From NCBI GenBank assembly GCA_964576865.1, contig CAZNVK010000008.1, positions 570 through 64,569 on the forward strand: a stretch of DNA of 64,000 nt, read 5' to 3'. The position numbers were made by a program, and so were the translations under genes. Numbering within the stretch: position 1 is the first letter of the stretch; every line of letters starts with the position of its first letter. The DNA comes from an uncultured Candidatus Poseidoniales archaeon. Lineage in GTDB: Archaea > Thermoplasmatota > Poseidoniia > Poseidoniales > Thalassarchaeaceae. Shown piece after piece: positions 1 through 10,538 of the stretch. A model generated the notes under the pieces. It saw only the letters and a list, made by a program, of their open reading frames with translations, did not search any database and was not told the DNA's origin.

Positions 1-8
1 CTGTCGAA

Positions 9-797
9 TTGATTCTCGTCACACCCCAGATGCAATCCTTTGAGGCAGGTGCCAAGACTGAGGATTCGGCAGATGTTCCACTTACCGAACTCGATGTTCC
101 ACACTGGGATGACGAGTACCCATTCTGGCAGTCGACGAGTGTCGATTTCGGCCAGCGTTCGGTGCAGTTCCGCCGAATCGTCATGCCGATGCACGAGGAT
201 GACGAGCGCATGGCAAAGTGGCTCGATGCGCTCGATATCGACGCGGTAGTCTGCAGTGGTTCGCGTCGAAATGTCAGCATGTGGGAGGATTGGATGGGAC
301 CGGCTGGCTCGATGCTTCGCGCCTCAGCCCTATCCGGACGACCGACCCTTGGAATCTGCTTCGGCCACCAATTACTCTGTCACGCACTCGGCGCGATAAT
401 CGAGCGCGCCGATAAATTATCCAGCGGCATCTGGGATGTTGACCTAACCAGCGAAGCGCAGGGCGACGAGCTGCTGACTTCCCACGCGAATACAGGAGCC
501 TGTGTTGCCGGCCTCTTCACTCACCAAGACCACGTGATGACAGTTCCAGAAAATTGCACTCTCCTCGGAACAACCACACATAACGATGTGACCGCTGTCC
601 GGGTTTGCTCCGAGAGTGGCGATGCCCTACCTGCCTGGGGATTGCAATTTCACCCCGAAGCGGCCAAGGCACGGATCGAACGCGCCTACGATTGGGGTCA
701 CATAACGGAGGAGGAATTCACCTCGATGAAAGGCGAGCACGATGGGGCAGGCATCCTCTCCTCCTTCGCAGAAATCGTCCACTCGCAGAGAGGATGA
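9..797 (+). CDS. Class I glutamine amidotransferase-like protein
   Basis: 262-aa ORF with nucleophile-elbow motif GICFGHQLL and downstream LQFHPE, typical of GATase1 domains. The ORF opens with TTG at the window edge, so the true start is uncertain. Confidence 0.7.
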   Translation: MILVTPQMQSFEAGAKTEDSADVPLTELDVPHWDDEYPFWQSTSVDFGQRSVQFRRIVMPMHEDDERMAKWLDALDIDAVVCSGSRRNVSMWEDWMGPAGSMLRASALSGRPTLGICFGHQLLCHALGAIIERADKLSSGIWDVDLTSEAQGDELLTSHANTGACVAGLFTHQDHVMTVPENCTLLGTTTHNDVTAVRVCSESGDALPAWGLQFHPEAAKARIERAYDWGHITEEEFTSMKGEHDGAGILSSFAEIVHSQRG

Positions 798-869
798 TTC
801 TCCGCCCCGAAGGGGCGGGCTACGTGGATTCGGATTAAATACGGACCGCAGGTCGGCGGGACGACATAG

Positions 870-2942
870 GTGAACACTATGATGGACATAACACAATTAG
901 CGGCAGGCACCGCAGTCTTCGGACTGATCATCGCCTACGTGCTGTACACGACGATTCAGAAGATCAAGATAGGAAATGAAACGGTTGCAGATATCACGAA
1001 TCAAATTCAAGATGGCGCAATGGCATTCCTCAAAGCTGAGTACCGCATTCTCAGCCTATTCGTTGCGGTTGTAGCAGTTCTGCTCTACGTGAATAACGGC
1101 CAGATGACTGCAATCGCATTCTTGGCCGGTGCTCTCGCGAGCGTCGCCGCTGGATTCAGCGGAATGCGCGCGGCGACCAGTGCCAATGGTCGCACCGCAA
1201 TGGCCGCTGCTGACGGTGGTCAGCCGGCGGCTCTCGAGGTTTCTTACAACGGCGGAGCCGTTATGGGACTCTCAGTCGGTGGACTCGGTCTGCTCGGTAT
1301 CTCAATCATGGCTCTATGGCTGGGAACCGGCGATGATGTCCAGAACATCGCTGGATTCGGAATGGGCGCTTCGTCCATCGCTCTCTTCGCCCGTGTCGGC
1401 GGTGGAATCTACACCAAGGCCGCCGATGTCGGTGCCGACCTCGTCGGCAAGGTCGAGGCAGGCATCCCCGAGGACGACCCTCGTAACCCGGGGGTCATCG
1501 CCGACAATGTCGGTGACAACGTCGGCGATGTCGCAGGCATGGGTGCTGACATCTTCGAGTCCTTCGTTGGCTCGATCATCGCAGCCATGGTTATCGCGCA
1601 GGCATCCTCAGAAATGGGTGCAGATTACGTCGTCTTGCCGATATTCCTCGGACTCGCAGGTTACGCAGCATCAATCGTCGGCGTCTTCAGCATGAAGCTG
1701 ATGAAGGGCGGCGACCCTGCAGCGGCTCTTCGAAACACCACCTTCATCGGCGCTGCTCTATTCTGGGCAGCTGGTTGGTTCGGTATCGATTACTTCGGAC
1801 TCGAGACCGGAACCGAGCCGATGTTGGCTGTCATCGCGGGTTCGCTCGTTGGAATCCTCATCGGACTCGTCACAGAGTATTACACAGGTATCGAGCCGGT
1901 CTTCGGAATCGATGTCAAGGCGATCCCTCACATCGGTGAGATGTCCAAGACCGGTCCTGCAACCAACGCCATCGCTGGACTCTCGGTCGGCATGATGTCG
2001 ACCTTCCTACCAATCCTCCTGATCGCTGGCGGAATCTTCGTCGCTAACGACATGATGATGGGTGCCGACGGCGCTACCGCCGAGCACGGACTATACGGAA
2101 TCGCGATGGCGGCTATGGGAATGCTCGCAACCGTCGGAGTGACGATGACAGTCGACGCTTACGGCCCAGTCGCCGACAATGCTGGCGGCATCGCCGAGAT
2201 GTCGGGACTCGGAAAGGATGTCCGCGACATCACCGATGGCCTCGACTCGATCGGTAACACGACCGCGGCCATCGGCAAGGGTTTCGCTATCGGTAGCGCG
2301 GCTCTGACCGCACTGGCACTCTTCGCCGCATTCGCAACCTCCGCTGGCTTGGAGTCAGCCGACCTCACCCTGACCTCCCCGACCGTCGTCATCGGTCTGC
2401 TCATCGGTGGTGCTCTACCATTCGTTGTAGCGGCCATGACAATGACTAGTGTGGGAAGCGCAGCTGGCGACATGGTCGTCGAGATTCGCCGCCAATTCCG
2501 TGAGATCGAAGGCCTACTCGAGGGCAGGGAAGGCGTCAAGCCCGACAGCGCTCGCTGCATCGAGATCTCAACACAAGCAGCCCTGCGCGAGATGCGCATG
2601 CCCGGACTCGTGGCAATCGCTTCCCCAGTGATCGTGGGATACGTTCTCGGTTCCGCTGCCCTAGGTGGAATGCTTGCTGGTGCACTTGTAACCGGCGTTC
2701 TGATGGCTCTCTTCATGGCGAACGCAGGTGGAGCATGGGACAATGCCAAGAAAGCCATTGAGCAAGGACACATCGACGGTGCTCAGAAGGGTGACGATGC
2801 ACATGATGCCGCAGTCATCGGCGACACAATCGGTGACCCATTCAAGGACACCAGCGGCCCTTCGCTGAACATCCTCATCAAGCTGATGTCGATCGTTGCT
2901 GTGGTCATCGCACCCGGTCTCACCTTGACCGGACTACTCTGA
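870..2942 (+). CDS. hppA: Membrane-bound H+(Na+)-translocating pyrophosphatase
   Basis: 690-aa polytopic protein with hallmark blocks [45 protein letters not shown] and [21 protein letters not shown]. Confidence 0.95.
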   Translation: MNTMMDITQLAAGTAVFGLIIAYVLYTTIQKIKIGNETVADITNQIQDGAMAFLKAEYRILSLFVAVVAVLLYVNNGQMTAIAFLAGALASVAAGFSGMRAATSANGRTAMAAADGGQPAALEVSYNGGAVMGLSVGGLGLLGISIMALWLGTGDDVQNIAGFGMGASSIALFARVGGGIYTKAADVGADLVGKVEAGIPEDDPRNPGVIADNVGDNVGDVAGMGADIFESFVGSIIAAMVIAQASSEMGADYVVLPIFLGLAGYAASIVGVFSMKLMKGGDPAAALRNTTFIGAALFWAAGWFGIDYFGLETGTEPMLAVIAGSLVGILIGLVTEYYTGIEPVFGIDVKAIPHIGEMSKTGPATNAIAGLSVGMMSTFLPILLIAGGIFVANDMMMGADGATAEHGLYGIAMAAMGMLATVGVTMTVDAYGPVADNAGGIAEMSGLGKDVRDITDGLDSIGNTTAAIGKGFAIGSAALTALALFAAFATSAGLESADLTLTSPTVVIGLLIGGALPFVVAAMTMTSVGSAAGDMVVEIRRQFREIEGLLEGREGVKPDSARCIEISTQAALREMRMPGLVAIASPVIVGYVLGSAALGGMLAGALVTGVLMALFMANAGGAWDNAKKAIEQGHIDGAQKGDDAHDAAVIGDTIGDPFKDTSGPSLNILIKLMSIVAVVIAPGLTLTGLL

Positions 2943-2961
2943 TCAAGACCACCCGTCGAGG

Positions 2962-2979
2962 CTGACGAAGCATCGTCAG
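2962..2979 (+). terminator. Hairpin just downstream of hppA (CTGACGA-AGCA-TCGTCAG)
   Basis: Perfect 7-bp stem with a 4-nt loop, 20 nt after the hppA stop. No oligo-T tract, so terminator function is speculative. Confidence 0.2.
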
Positions 2980-3009
2980 ACTCATGATGGGCCAGTAGGA
3001 GCGAGGGCT

Positions 3010-3969
3010 ATGCGAACCGGTGCGCTGGGACTCACCCTCCTCCTGCTGGCAGGCAGCCTCGCAGGCTGCGCAGGCCTCACAGGTGGTAATGGAGGCGGAG
3101 ACTCAGACGAGTCGATCACCAGCCCAACATGGGAGGTCGGAGATTGGTGGCTCTACACCTTCTCGACACCAGACTACTCAGACGACACAGCCCGTCTGGT
3201 CGTCGCATCCGACTCCGAGGAAGGTGGCACGGCCTACATGCTGGCGATCTCCAGCGAGACCGAAGCCCGCCGCCACGCCGTCCTCAACCACAACCCCTTC
3301 CTCGGCCGAATAACCCACGACAACCTCAGCGCCTTCGAGAACGGCATCGCACAACCCGTCCTCAATTTCCCACTCGAAGAGGGCGCATCGTGGATATTCA
3401 CCCTCTTCACCAACGACTGGACCGCAAATGTACTCGACACCACCGGAAACCTCGCCGTCATCTCAGCCCAAGCCGCTGACGGCGCCCGCCTCGACTACAT
3501 TTATGATTCAGAAGTCGGCTTCTTCGCCTCATTCATCTGGACCGACGCCGACGGCATCGTCCAACTCAGAATGCAACTCGCCGCCGGCGGCGAAGACCAC
3601 ACAGGCACAGTCTACTTCGTACGCGGCGGCGACCTCTACTCAGACACTTGGGATAACTCAGGCCCCGACGCAGAACTGCGTGACACATTCTTCGTCAGCG
3701 ACCACCCAAGCGACGGGGGGTGGGACGAGCTGATCTACTTCCTCGACGCTTCCTGCGGTAGTGGTGGCTCGAGCATTTCACTGACGCTCCGAGACCACTC
3801 ATCGATTTCTGCCCTTGAGCGTGTTTGGGGACCAGGGACCTCGGAGTACGGCACTTTGGGGACCATTCCCTACCCGAGTGAGGAGTATACACTGACGCTG
3901 ACATTCACTGGCAACACCCACCTTCGCCTCAAAATCGCTGGCGGAATCACCCAATCATGGACACTCTGA
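3010..3969 (+). CDS. Hypothetical secreted lipoprotein
   Basis: 319-aa ORF with signal peptide and lipobox (LLLLAGSLAGC). No recognisable catalytic motif. Confidence 0.6.
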   Translation: MRTGALGLTLLLLAGSLAGCAGLTGGNGGGDSDESITSPTWEVGDWWLYTFSTPDYSDDTARLVVASDSEEGGTAYMLAISSETEARRHAVLNHNPFLGRITHDNLSAFENGIAQPVLNFPLEEGASWIFTLFTNDWTANVLDTTGNLAVISAQAADGARLDYIYDSEVGFFASFIWTDADGIVQLRMQLAAGGEDHTGTVYFVRGGDLYSDTWDNSGPDAELRDTFFVSDHPSDGGWDELIYFLDASCGSGGSSISLTLRDHSSISALERVWGPGTSEYGTLGTIPYPSEEYTLTLTFTGNTHLRLKIAGGITQSWTL

Positions 3970-3978
3970 GGTGCGCCA

Positions 3979-4590
3979 ATGCCCAACCAAACTCCCCAAC
4001 CTCCGGGTACTCTCGTGATGATGCACGGGATGACGGGGACTTCAGCCAAGATGCAGCCGCTGGCTGAGCGTTTGCTGCCCAGCGGCTGGGAGGTCCTATG
4101 CCCGCAGGCTGAGATTCCGCATCCGACTCGCGGTGGATTTGCTTGGTGGCTGCGGGCTGAGGACCCGAGCCTGCCGTTGAATGAAGAGTCGCAAAGGCAG
4201 GTCGACCAATCGATGCAGCGGGTCATCGGGGAATTGCCCGGTGGACCGCTGATCGTAGGTGGTTTTTCTCAGGGCGGAGCGATTGCCTCCGCCCTGCTCG
4301 AGACCGCAGTGCAAGAGCGAATCGTCGGTCTCGTCCTTCTCGGCACCAAGACGGTGCGCCCAGAGAGCCTCGCCGAGCGCTTGCCGTTCCTGCGCCCGCG
4401 CCCCGTCGTCTGGATGCACGGCGAGCGCGACCATCTGGTTCCGATGGAACACGGGGTCGAGCACGCCGAGATTTTCGAGGCGGCTGAATGGCCGGTATTA
4501 CGCCTCGCGCACGAGAAGGGGCACATGGTCAATCTCAATCAATTCGATGAATTGAAGGCGGCCATCCAAAGGATAGCCGATTCGGCTTGA
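3979..4590 (+). CDS. Alpha/beta hydrolase, phospholipase/carboxylesterase family
   Basis: 203 aa with nucleophile elbow GFSQGG and late Asp/His (GERDHLVP, HEKGHMV), as in Abhydrolase_2-type esterases. Confidence 0.7.
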   Translation: MPNQTPQPPGTLVMMHGMTGTSAKMQPLAERLLPSGWEVLCPQAEIPHPTRGGFAWWLRAEDPSLPLNEESQRQVDQSMQRVIGELPGGPLIVGGFSQGGAIASALLETAVQERIVGLVLLGTKTVRPESLAERLPFLRPRPVVWMHGERDHLVPMEHGVEHAEIFEAAEWPVLRLAHEKGHMVNLNQFDELKAAIQRIADSA

Positions 4591-4648
4591 GCCGAACTCA
4601 AACGGAGAACTGAGTCAGCCAGAGAACTGGCTCGATCGAAGAACCGGC

Positions 4649-4909
4649 TCAAGCCAAGTATTCCATCAGATGGTCCGAGCCGCCCACAAAGCGCGGCTCG
4701 TCCCCTCGCAAATCGAAACAAACCGGCACGGTCCGGTGACCCGTTTCGCGAATCACATCGTCGCGCAAGCCATCGTGGTGTTCGGTATTGACCTCGGTGA
4801 AAGTGAAGCCCTTGGCCTTCAGTATATTCTTCGCCATAGTGCAATACGGGCAAACCGTCTTCGAAAAGAGGAGGAAATCCGTCTCACACGATTCAAGCCA
4901 CTGTTGCAT
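4649..4909 (-). CDS. Glutaredoxin-like protein
   Basis: CPYC redox motif followed by TVPVCF and GGSD (Grx fold). I chose ATG at 4909 (MQQWLES) because the longer ORF to 5014 would overlap the upstream gene end by more than 100 nt. Confidence 0.75.
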   Translation of the reverse strand: MQQWLESCETDFLLFSKTVCPYCTMAKNILKAKGFTFTEVNTEHHDGLRDDVIRETGHRTVPVCFDLRGDEPRFVGGSDHLMEYLA

Positions 4910-7900
4910 GCTCGCCAAGGTCAGCTCCCTCCATAGATTCGCCTTCGTCTGTCCACCACTGGCTTTCATCCTCGTCATTGCCCTGGTCTTCATCTTCTTC
5001 GAGTTCCTCATCACACTGATTCGGATCGATGAAGACGAGTAGAATCACGGTAATCATCGTCAGAGCGGCACCGATGTAGATCGAAGAAACGTAATCGAAG
5101 ATCGCAACCATCGATCCGGTGAATCCGTAAGCCATCACGCCAGAGATGTTGAACATCGACATATAGGCTGTGAATTGCGTGCCACCGACCTTGCTCCAAG
5201 TCAATCGCATGGCGACAGAAATCACGCAAATCCACGCGACTCCATTGATCAGCCCTCGAGCCATCAGATAGTAGGTCATTACCTCGGTGTCCATCCAATA
5301 TGGCTCAAGCAATCCGAGGACACCATTGGCTATTCCGAGTCCTGTGAAGCCGATCATCGCGACCTTGCGTACGCCGAATCTGTCTCCAAGGAATCCACCG
5401 AGTAATTGGCCGACGATCGTCGCCGCGAGGACCTTGCCGCCGACGATGATGTTGTACTTCTCCTGTGACCAACCAGCCTCGTTGATGAAGATGTCAATCA
5501 CGATTGGGTCGACGAATAGGTAGAGTTCGGAGAGAAGACAGAGGAATATCAGCAAGAAGGAAGAACGCAGATGGAATGCCTTTGTCAAATTGTAACTCGT
5601 TTCTGCGACAGACCGTCGAGTGCCTTCGCTGATGAATGAAAAGGGATTCTTCACTCCCGGTAATTCGACGAATCTATTCAAGCCGAATAACAAGATAGCG
5701 AGCAAGATACCATAATTTCTGATTTGCTTAGCAAGAGAATAGCCCTCGTAATTCAGGTCGACAGCGAGGATTCCTGATGTGAGGCCGACGACATAGACTG
5801 TGAGTGATAGAATCATCACGAGGGCTGCGGGCGAGATTTTGCTCTCGAATGTCGCTCGCCCGACTGCGCGTGCAGCCCACCATCGTTCTTCAGCAGCTCC
5901 TTCCCAAGGTAATTTGTCAGACTCGACGATATCCGCGACGACCTCTTCGATTTCCACCTCGTCGGTAACTTCAGCCTTGCGCGACCACGGGAAGAGGCGG
6001 GAGCTTGTATTCTCCCTGAGGAATAGTGGAACCATCATGATTAGGAGCAATAGAGGGAGTTGAATTCCGAGAACCCCTTTGATGCCAATCTTCGTCACGT
6101 ATGAACCGAGAACCGCTCCACCGACAATCATTCCACCACGCTTCGAGGCGAACATGAATCCGTTGGCCTTGCCGACTTCGTCGGTCTGCAGGATGTCGAC
6201 CGCGAGTGCATCGGTGCTGACATCCTGCAGCGATGCGAAGATATTGTGGATGAAGAGTAACTTGGTGACCAATTCAATCTTCGCGTTTAGGTCAGGAATG
6301 AATAGCAAGACTCCCAAGGTGATTGCCATTCCGAATTGAGCCATCAAAATCCACAGGCGTCGGGCGCCGTATTCGGGCTTCTGAACCACGTCGATGACAG
6401 GTCCCCAGATCCACTTGAAGGTCCAAGGAAGTGCGATTGTTGCGAAGAGTGTGGCAATCTCTGGCACGGTCGCACCGTTGGCTGCGAGGTATGCTGCGAA
6501 TGCGACACTGGTGAATCCCCATGGAAGGCCCTGAGCGAAATAGAGGACGGAGAGGATGACGAATCGGCGGAATTTATTCTCGGTGAGAGCGATGCCATCG
6601 AACCAAGCGTTCTTGGTGAACACGAGGACCTCGGGGATTCTCTTTGGATTGTATTTCTCAGCCACCTCATTGAAATCTGGGGCTTCGAAGTCGAAATCGA
6701 CATCGATTTCGTTTCTCCACCCCTCTCTCACAGTGGTTATTCCCAGAACTGCGAGGACCAGCAATAATGGAATGAAGAAGACCATTGGCCCTGTTACTGC
6801 GTCACCTCCCATTCCCGTTGTCCCGAAGCCAGTTCCTTCGCCATCGAGGAGGACTACGCGGCGAGCGTCGACGGGCGAGACGCTGTCATCTGAGACGACG
6901 AGCCGCGCGTAGATTGTGGAATTTCCAGTGTCGGTGAATGGGTCGAGTTTGATGTTCCAAGAGCTCCAATCGCGATCCTTCGAGAGGTCGGCGGCTCCTT
7001 TCCACTCGCCTCCACCAACGCGCACCTCGACAAGTCCCATGCTTGGGGCCGCTCCGGATGCTGTTCCGCGGATGTAGGACTCATTGCCAATTCCTTGCAT
7101 GGTGGTGATGTCCATGCTGACGTTGAGGGATGGGTCGATGCTGCCTGCCGCTTGCACGAAGGCAAGCGGGTCGGCCTGACCGTAGCCGAATTCATTGTCA
7201 GGCCGCGTCTCTAAAAGACTGCAATCGTTGAGGCCGGGGTCGGAGAGACTGATTTCACGCTCGATGGCGTGGGCGGCGAGGATATCCTTGAATTCGGCGT
7301 GTGTGATGTCTGGGTTTGCCTCCTTCATCAGAGCGGCGATTCCGGCCATCAATGGGGTTGCCATACTGGTTCCGGACTTGCTTGTGTAGCCATCCTTGGT
7401 GGCCGCGTCTGGGGCCATGATGTTCGAGCCGATGGTCGAGATGTCTGGTTTGACGCGACCGTCGGAGGTGTATCCTCGGCTGGAATAGATGGCGAGTCCG
7501 AGGTCCTTGTCGAGGGAGGCGACGGTGACCGGAAGGTTGGCGTCGCCGGGGCTATCGATGGTATTGCAACCTACAACGGTCATTCCGCCTAGTTCGTTTC
7601 CGGCGGAAAGCGTCGTTATGATGCCTGAATCGGCGACGGCGTCCATCTGTCGACTCCAAGCGCTGGAGCCGTCATTGTCGAAGTGAACCTCGAATTGCTG
7701 TTCGCCAAGAGACGAGGTGACAATGTCGATCCCGTGTCGGTCTTTGTTATCGATGGCCCATTGAGCGCCCTCGATGATATCCTCGATATCCCCTTCGCAG
7801 CAAGCGAGGATATTGATGACCCAGGCTCCCGGTGCGGTTCCGATGTATCGGGAGCCGTCAGCTGCGGTTTGACCGCCGCCGCTACCGGCGGCGATACCGG

Positions 7901-8702
7901 CGACATGAGTTCCGTGAGTTCCCGAATCGAAGGATTCGCTCGCCGGTTGTTCGGAATCGGTGTAGACCGCGTCGTAGAATGCCTTCACCTTGGGGTCGCA
8001 GTCCGCGGGAATCGGGTCGGGGTTAGGGTCGAGCGGGTCTGGGGGGTCGTCGACACAAGTGAATGGATCGTCGTCCATATCGTTCAGACCCTCATGGTCA
8101 CCGCGGACTCCGGTGTCGAGAACTGCGATTGTGACGCCGGTTCCGTCGAATCCGAAGGTTTCCCAAACTTCGTTGACCCCCATGTTCGGATTGGCTTCGT
8201 TCATGTGAGGTTCGGCCAATCCGAGGTCTTCCAGCATCACGAGGCCATTCAAATCGAAGAGAGGACTGGCCTCGTGAATCAATTCGAGAGGAATCGTCGC
8301 TGCGACCGTATCGAGATAGGTCGCCCTGAACGTTACCTCGACGCCGAGTCGCTGGAGAGCTTCGACATCGGCATCGCTTGGATGATGATCGTAATCGATG
8401 AAGACCCTAGCATGACCTGACGGCGCTCTGCGCCACCAATCTTCTTGGAACTCAACCGGCTGATCCAACAACCATTCCAGCCGGTCGTCTATCGAGTCGT
8501 GGTCTTTGTCACGGCTCCAATCCATCCACCACTGATGATGCAGTGCAAGTTCGATGCTATCACGCCACTCTCCATCTGCATCGAAGCCTCCTCGGCCTCG
8601 TTCCTCGATTAGGCTCGAGGCCGCCATCGGCAGAATCAGCACCAGAATCAACGCGCTTGCAACGAGGGTACGGCGTCCTGCCATGGGCAGGACGAATCTC
8701 AT
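4893..8702 (-). CDS. Fusion protein: secreted subtilisin-like (S8) serine protease, TM segment, then AmpG/PAT-like MFS permease
   Basis: 1269-aa uninterrupted ORF. Signal peptide, then S8 triad blocks AVLDTGV (D196), HGTHVAG (H263) and SGTSMATPLMAG (S446). TM segment near aa 639-657. From about aa 710 (about 6575 downward) a polytopic domain with FAQGLPWGF and LPWTFKWIWGPVID, as in AmpG-type MFS transporters. Acidic C-terminal tail. Confidence 0.8.
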   Translation of the reverse strand: MRFVLPMAGRRTLVASALILVLILPMAASSLIEERGRGGFDADGEWRDSIELALHHQWWMDWSRDKDHDSIDDRLEWLLDQPVEFQEDWWRRAPSGHARVFIDYDHHPSDADVEALQRLGVEVTFRATYLDTVAATIPLELIHEASPLFDLNGLVMLEDLGLAEPHMNEANPNMGVNEVWETFGFDGTGVTIAVLDTGVRGDHEGLNDMDDDPFTCVDDPPDPLDPNPDPIPADCDPKVKAFYDAVYTDSEQPASESFDSGTHGTHVAGIAAGSGGGQTAADGSRYIGTAPGAWVINILACCEGDIEDIIEGAQWAIDNKDRHGIDIVTSSLGEQQFEVHFDNDGSSAWSRQMDAVADSGIITTLSAGNELGGMTVVGCNTIDSPGDANLPVTVASLDKDLGLAIYSSRGYTSDGRVKPDISTIGSNIMAPDAATKDGYTSKSGTSMATPLMAGIAALMKEANPDITHAEFKDILAAHAIEREISLSDPGLNDCSLLETRPDNEFGYGQADPLAFVQAAGSIDPSLNVSMDITTMQGIGNESYIRGTASGAAPSMGLVEVRVGGGEWKGAADLSKDRDWSSWNIKLDPFTDTGNSTIYARLVVSDDSVSPVDARRVVLLDGEGTGFGTTGMGGDAVTGPMVFFIPLLLVLAVLGITTVREGWRNEIDVDFDFEAPDFNEVAEKYNPKRIPEVLVFTKNAWFDGIALTENKFRRFVILSVLYFAQGLPWGFTSVAFAAYLAANGATVPEIATLFATIALPWTFKWIWGPVIDVVQKPEYGARRLWILMAQFGMAITLGVLLFIPDLNAKIELVTKLLFIHNIFASLQDVSTDALAVDILQTDEVGKANGFMFASKRGGMIVGGAVLGSYVTKIGIKGVLGIQLPLLLLIMMVPLFLRENTSSRLFPWSRKAEVTDEVEIEEVVADIVESDKLPWEGAAEERWWAARAVGRATFESKISPAALVMILSLTVYVVGLTSGILAVDLNYEGYSLAKQIRNYGILLAILLFGLNRFVELPGVKNPFSFISEGTRRSVAETSYNLTKAFHLRSSFLLIFLCLLSELYLFVDPIVIDIFINEAGWSQEKYNIIVGGKVLAATIVGQLLGGFLGDRFGVRKVAMIGFTGLGIANGVLGLLEPYWMDTEVMTYYLMARGLINGVAWICVISVAMRLTWSKVGGTQFTAYMSMFNISGVMAYGFTGSMVAIFDYVSSIYIGAALTMITVILLVFIDPNQCDEELEEDEDQGNDEDESQWWTDEGESMEGADLGEHATVA

Positions 8703-8726
8703 GCCCTGTTTGAGGGTTCGCCACGA

Positions 8727-9587
8727 CTAATTCGTCGGTATCGATGTGAGTCCTTTCTCATCGTATTGCCAGTCGATGATTTGCCAACCTGCTTCCTCGA
8801 CCGCGATTCGCGCCTTCTGCACCGCCATCGGATTGCACAAAATTGCTGCACAACCCCCTGCTCCAGCTCCCAAGGCTTTCCAGGCCATGACCGTGCCACT
8901 GCTCAGGAGCGGATCGATTACTGAGCGGAATGGATCGTGTATCGAGGGGTCGATTGCGTCGACCCCTCGGCAGACCTCGTTGAGTGCCTCGACGAATAAT
9001 TGGCGTTGGTCTCGCTGGAGAGCATCAGCCATGATTCGGGCGGCGAGTCTGATGGTCTGCAGACCCTCGATAACTTGGGCGTCTCCGGATTCGTAACGTG
9101 ACCAGACGCGGTTCTGGATGTCACCCGATTTGTGGTCGATTCCGGAGTGGGCGATCAGGAGGTGTTTGTTGAGCCATTTTCGGGCTGAATGGGCGGGCTC
9201 GAATGGGAGTTGTTCGACCGAGTCCGCGATGAATAGGAATCGGTTGAAGCCGCCGTTTACCGCTGCCCATTGGTCCTGGCGACCGCAGCGGTTTCCTGCT
9301 GCGGTTTCGGCTTGGTAGGCAGCTTCTGCGACAGCCTCAGCAGAGTGGCCCTCGCCGCCTTGTAGTACGGCGATTCTTGCGACGTTCAGCGCACCGCTGG
9401 TCCCGAGGCCTGACCCCGCAGGGACATCGAAGCTGAACTCGACTTCGCCAGCCCCGTTTGGGCGGGCGGTAACCCATTTATCGATGGTGAAATTGACGAC
9501 CTCGCCTCCGTGATCATGAGTGTACGGGACGAGGTCGGTCCAGCCCCCTGCAAGATCCACTCGCAAGGGGGCTCGCCAAGCGACCAT
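8727..9587 (-). CDS. GHMP-family kinase (HddA/fucokinase-like sugar kinase)
   Basis: N-terminus WRAPLRVDLAGGWTD and GHMP motif PAGSGLGTSGA. Substrate unknown. Start taken at the ATG of MVAWRAP; the ORF extends to 9611. Confidence 0.7.
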   Translation of the reverse strand: MVAWRAPLRVDLAGGWTDLVPYTHDHGGEVVNFTIDKWVTARPNGAGEVEFSFDVPAGSGLGTSGALNVARIAVLQGGEGHSAEAVAEAAYQAETAAGNRCGRQDQWAAVNGGFNRFLFIADSVEQLPFEPAHSARKWLNKHLLIAHSGIDHKSGDIQNRVWSRYESGDAQVIEGLQTIRLAARIMADALQRDQRQLFVEALNEVCRGVDAIDPSIHDPFRSVIDPLLSSGTVMAWKALGAGAGGCAAILCNPMAVQKARIAVEEAGWQIIDWQYDEKGLTSIPTN

Positions 9588-9757
9588 AGCGATGCTTGAA
9601 CAATGGCACATTAGAACCTGCGTCTGGGCATCTCAAGGTCACTTCTGGAAAAATTAGGAAGCAATAGACACGGTCTCGGCGCTGGCGCGGCGGCGCTGCC
9701 GCCGACGCCAGAAGCCGAGACCGAAAATAAGGGGTATCGAAGACCCATCGGCTGAAC

Positions 9758-10483
9758 ATGGGCGAAGGCAGCACTGCCGCGGTCGAGGCAGCGATAGCAG
9801 CCTTCGCAGCCAACCAACCAGTGATGGTCTTCGACTCGGATTTCCGCGAGAAGGAGACCGACCTTCTGTGGCCGGCAACCGCCGCAACCCCCGAAGTCAT
9901 GCGCACCCTGCGCAAGGATTGCGGCGGCCTCCTCTTCCTCGCAATCGGCGACGAAATCGGCGAATTATTCGGCCTACCTTGGCTGCAGGACATCCACACA
10001 CACCCTGCACTAGTCGAGCAAAACCCTGTCCTCAGCCACCTCATCACCAATGACCTGCAATATGATTCGCGGTCGGCATTCACCCTCTCAATCAACCACC
10101 GTGACACCTACACCGGAATCACCGACCGCGACCGAGCCCTGACGACTCGCCGATTCGGAGAGTTAGCTGGCGAGTTGATGGGCTCGCAGCCCACCGAAAT
10201 CCACCCCCTCGAAGCCCTCGGCGCAGAGTTCCGCACACCCGGACACATTCCTGTTTGCAGAGAGTCACCAGGAGGCTTGGCCACGCGACAAGGACACACC
10301 GAACTCGCGGTGGCCATCGCGCGGCTCGCGGGCCAAGTGCCGGCGACCATCGGCGCGGAAATGTTGCAGCCAGATGGTGACGGAGCGTTGAGTGTCGAAG
10401 CGGCCAGAGAGTACGCGCAAGAACATGGTATTCCGATGATTACCGGAGCGGATTTGCTCAGTGCATTGGGAATCGAGGGCTGA
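9758..10483 (+). CDS. ribB: 3,4-dihydroxy-2-butanone 4-phosphate synthase
   Basis: Blocks VFDSDFREKETDLL, FTLSINHRDTYTGITDRDRA, FRTPGHI and RQGHTELAV match archaeal RibB. Confidence 0.9.
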   Translation: MGEGSTAAVEAAIAAFAANQPVMVFDSDFREKETDLLWPATAATPEVMRTLRKDCGGLLFLAIGDEIGELFGLPWLQDIHTHPALVEQNPVLSHLITNDLQYDSRSAFTLSINHRDTYTGITDRDRALTTRRFGELAGELMGSQPTEIHPLEALGAEFRTPGHIPVCRESPGGLATRQGHTELAVAIARLAGQVPATIGAEMLQPDGDGALSVEAAREYAQEHGIPMITGADLLSALGIEG

Positions 10484-10538
10484 GCGCAAGGGTTTGGCAA
10501 CCGAAGCATTGACGAGAATCGAAGGAGGCGCGAGACTG

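Noticed and set aside
7683-8420. 245-aa plus-strand ORF opposite the S8 protease domain
   Set aside because: It is an antisense shadow ORF within the protease-MFS gene and has no motifs.
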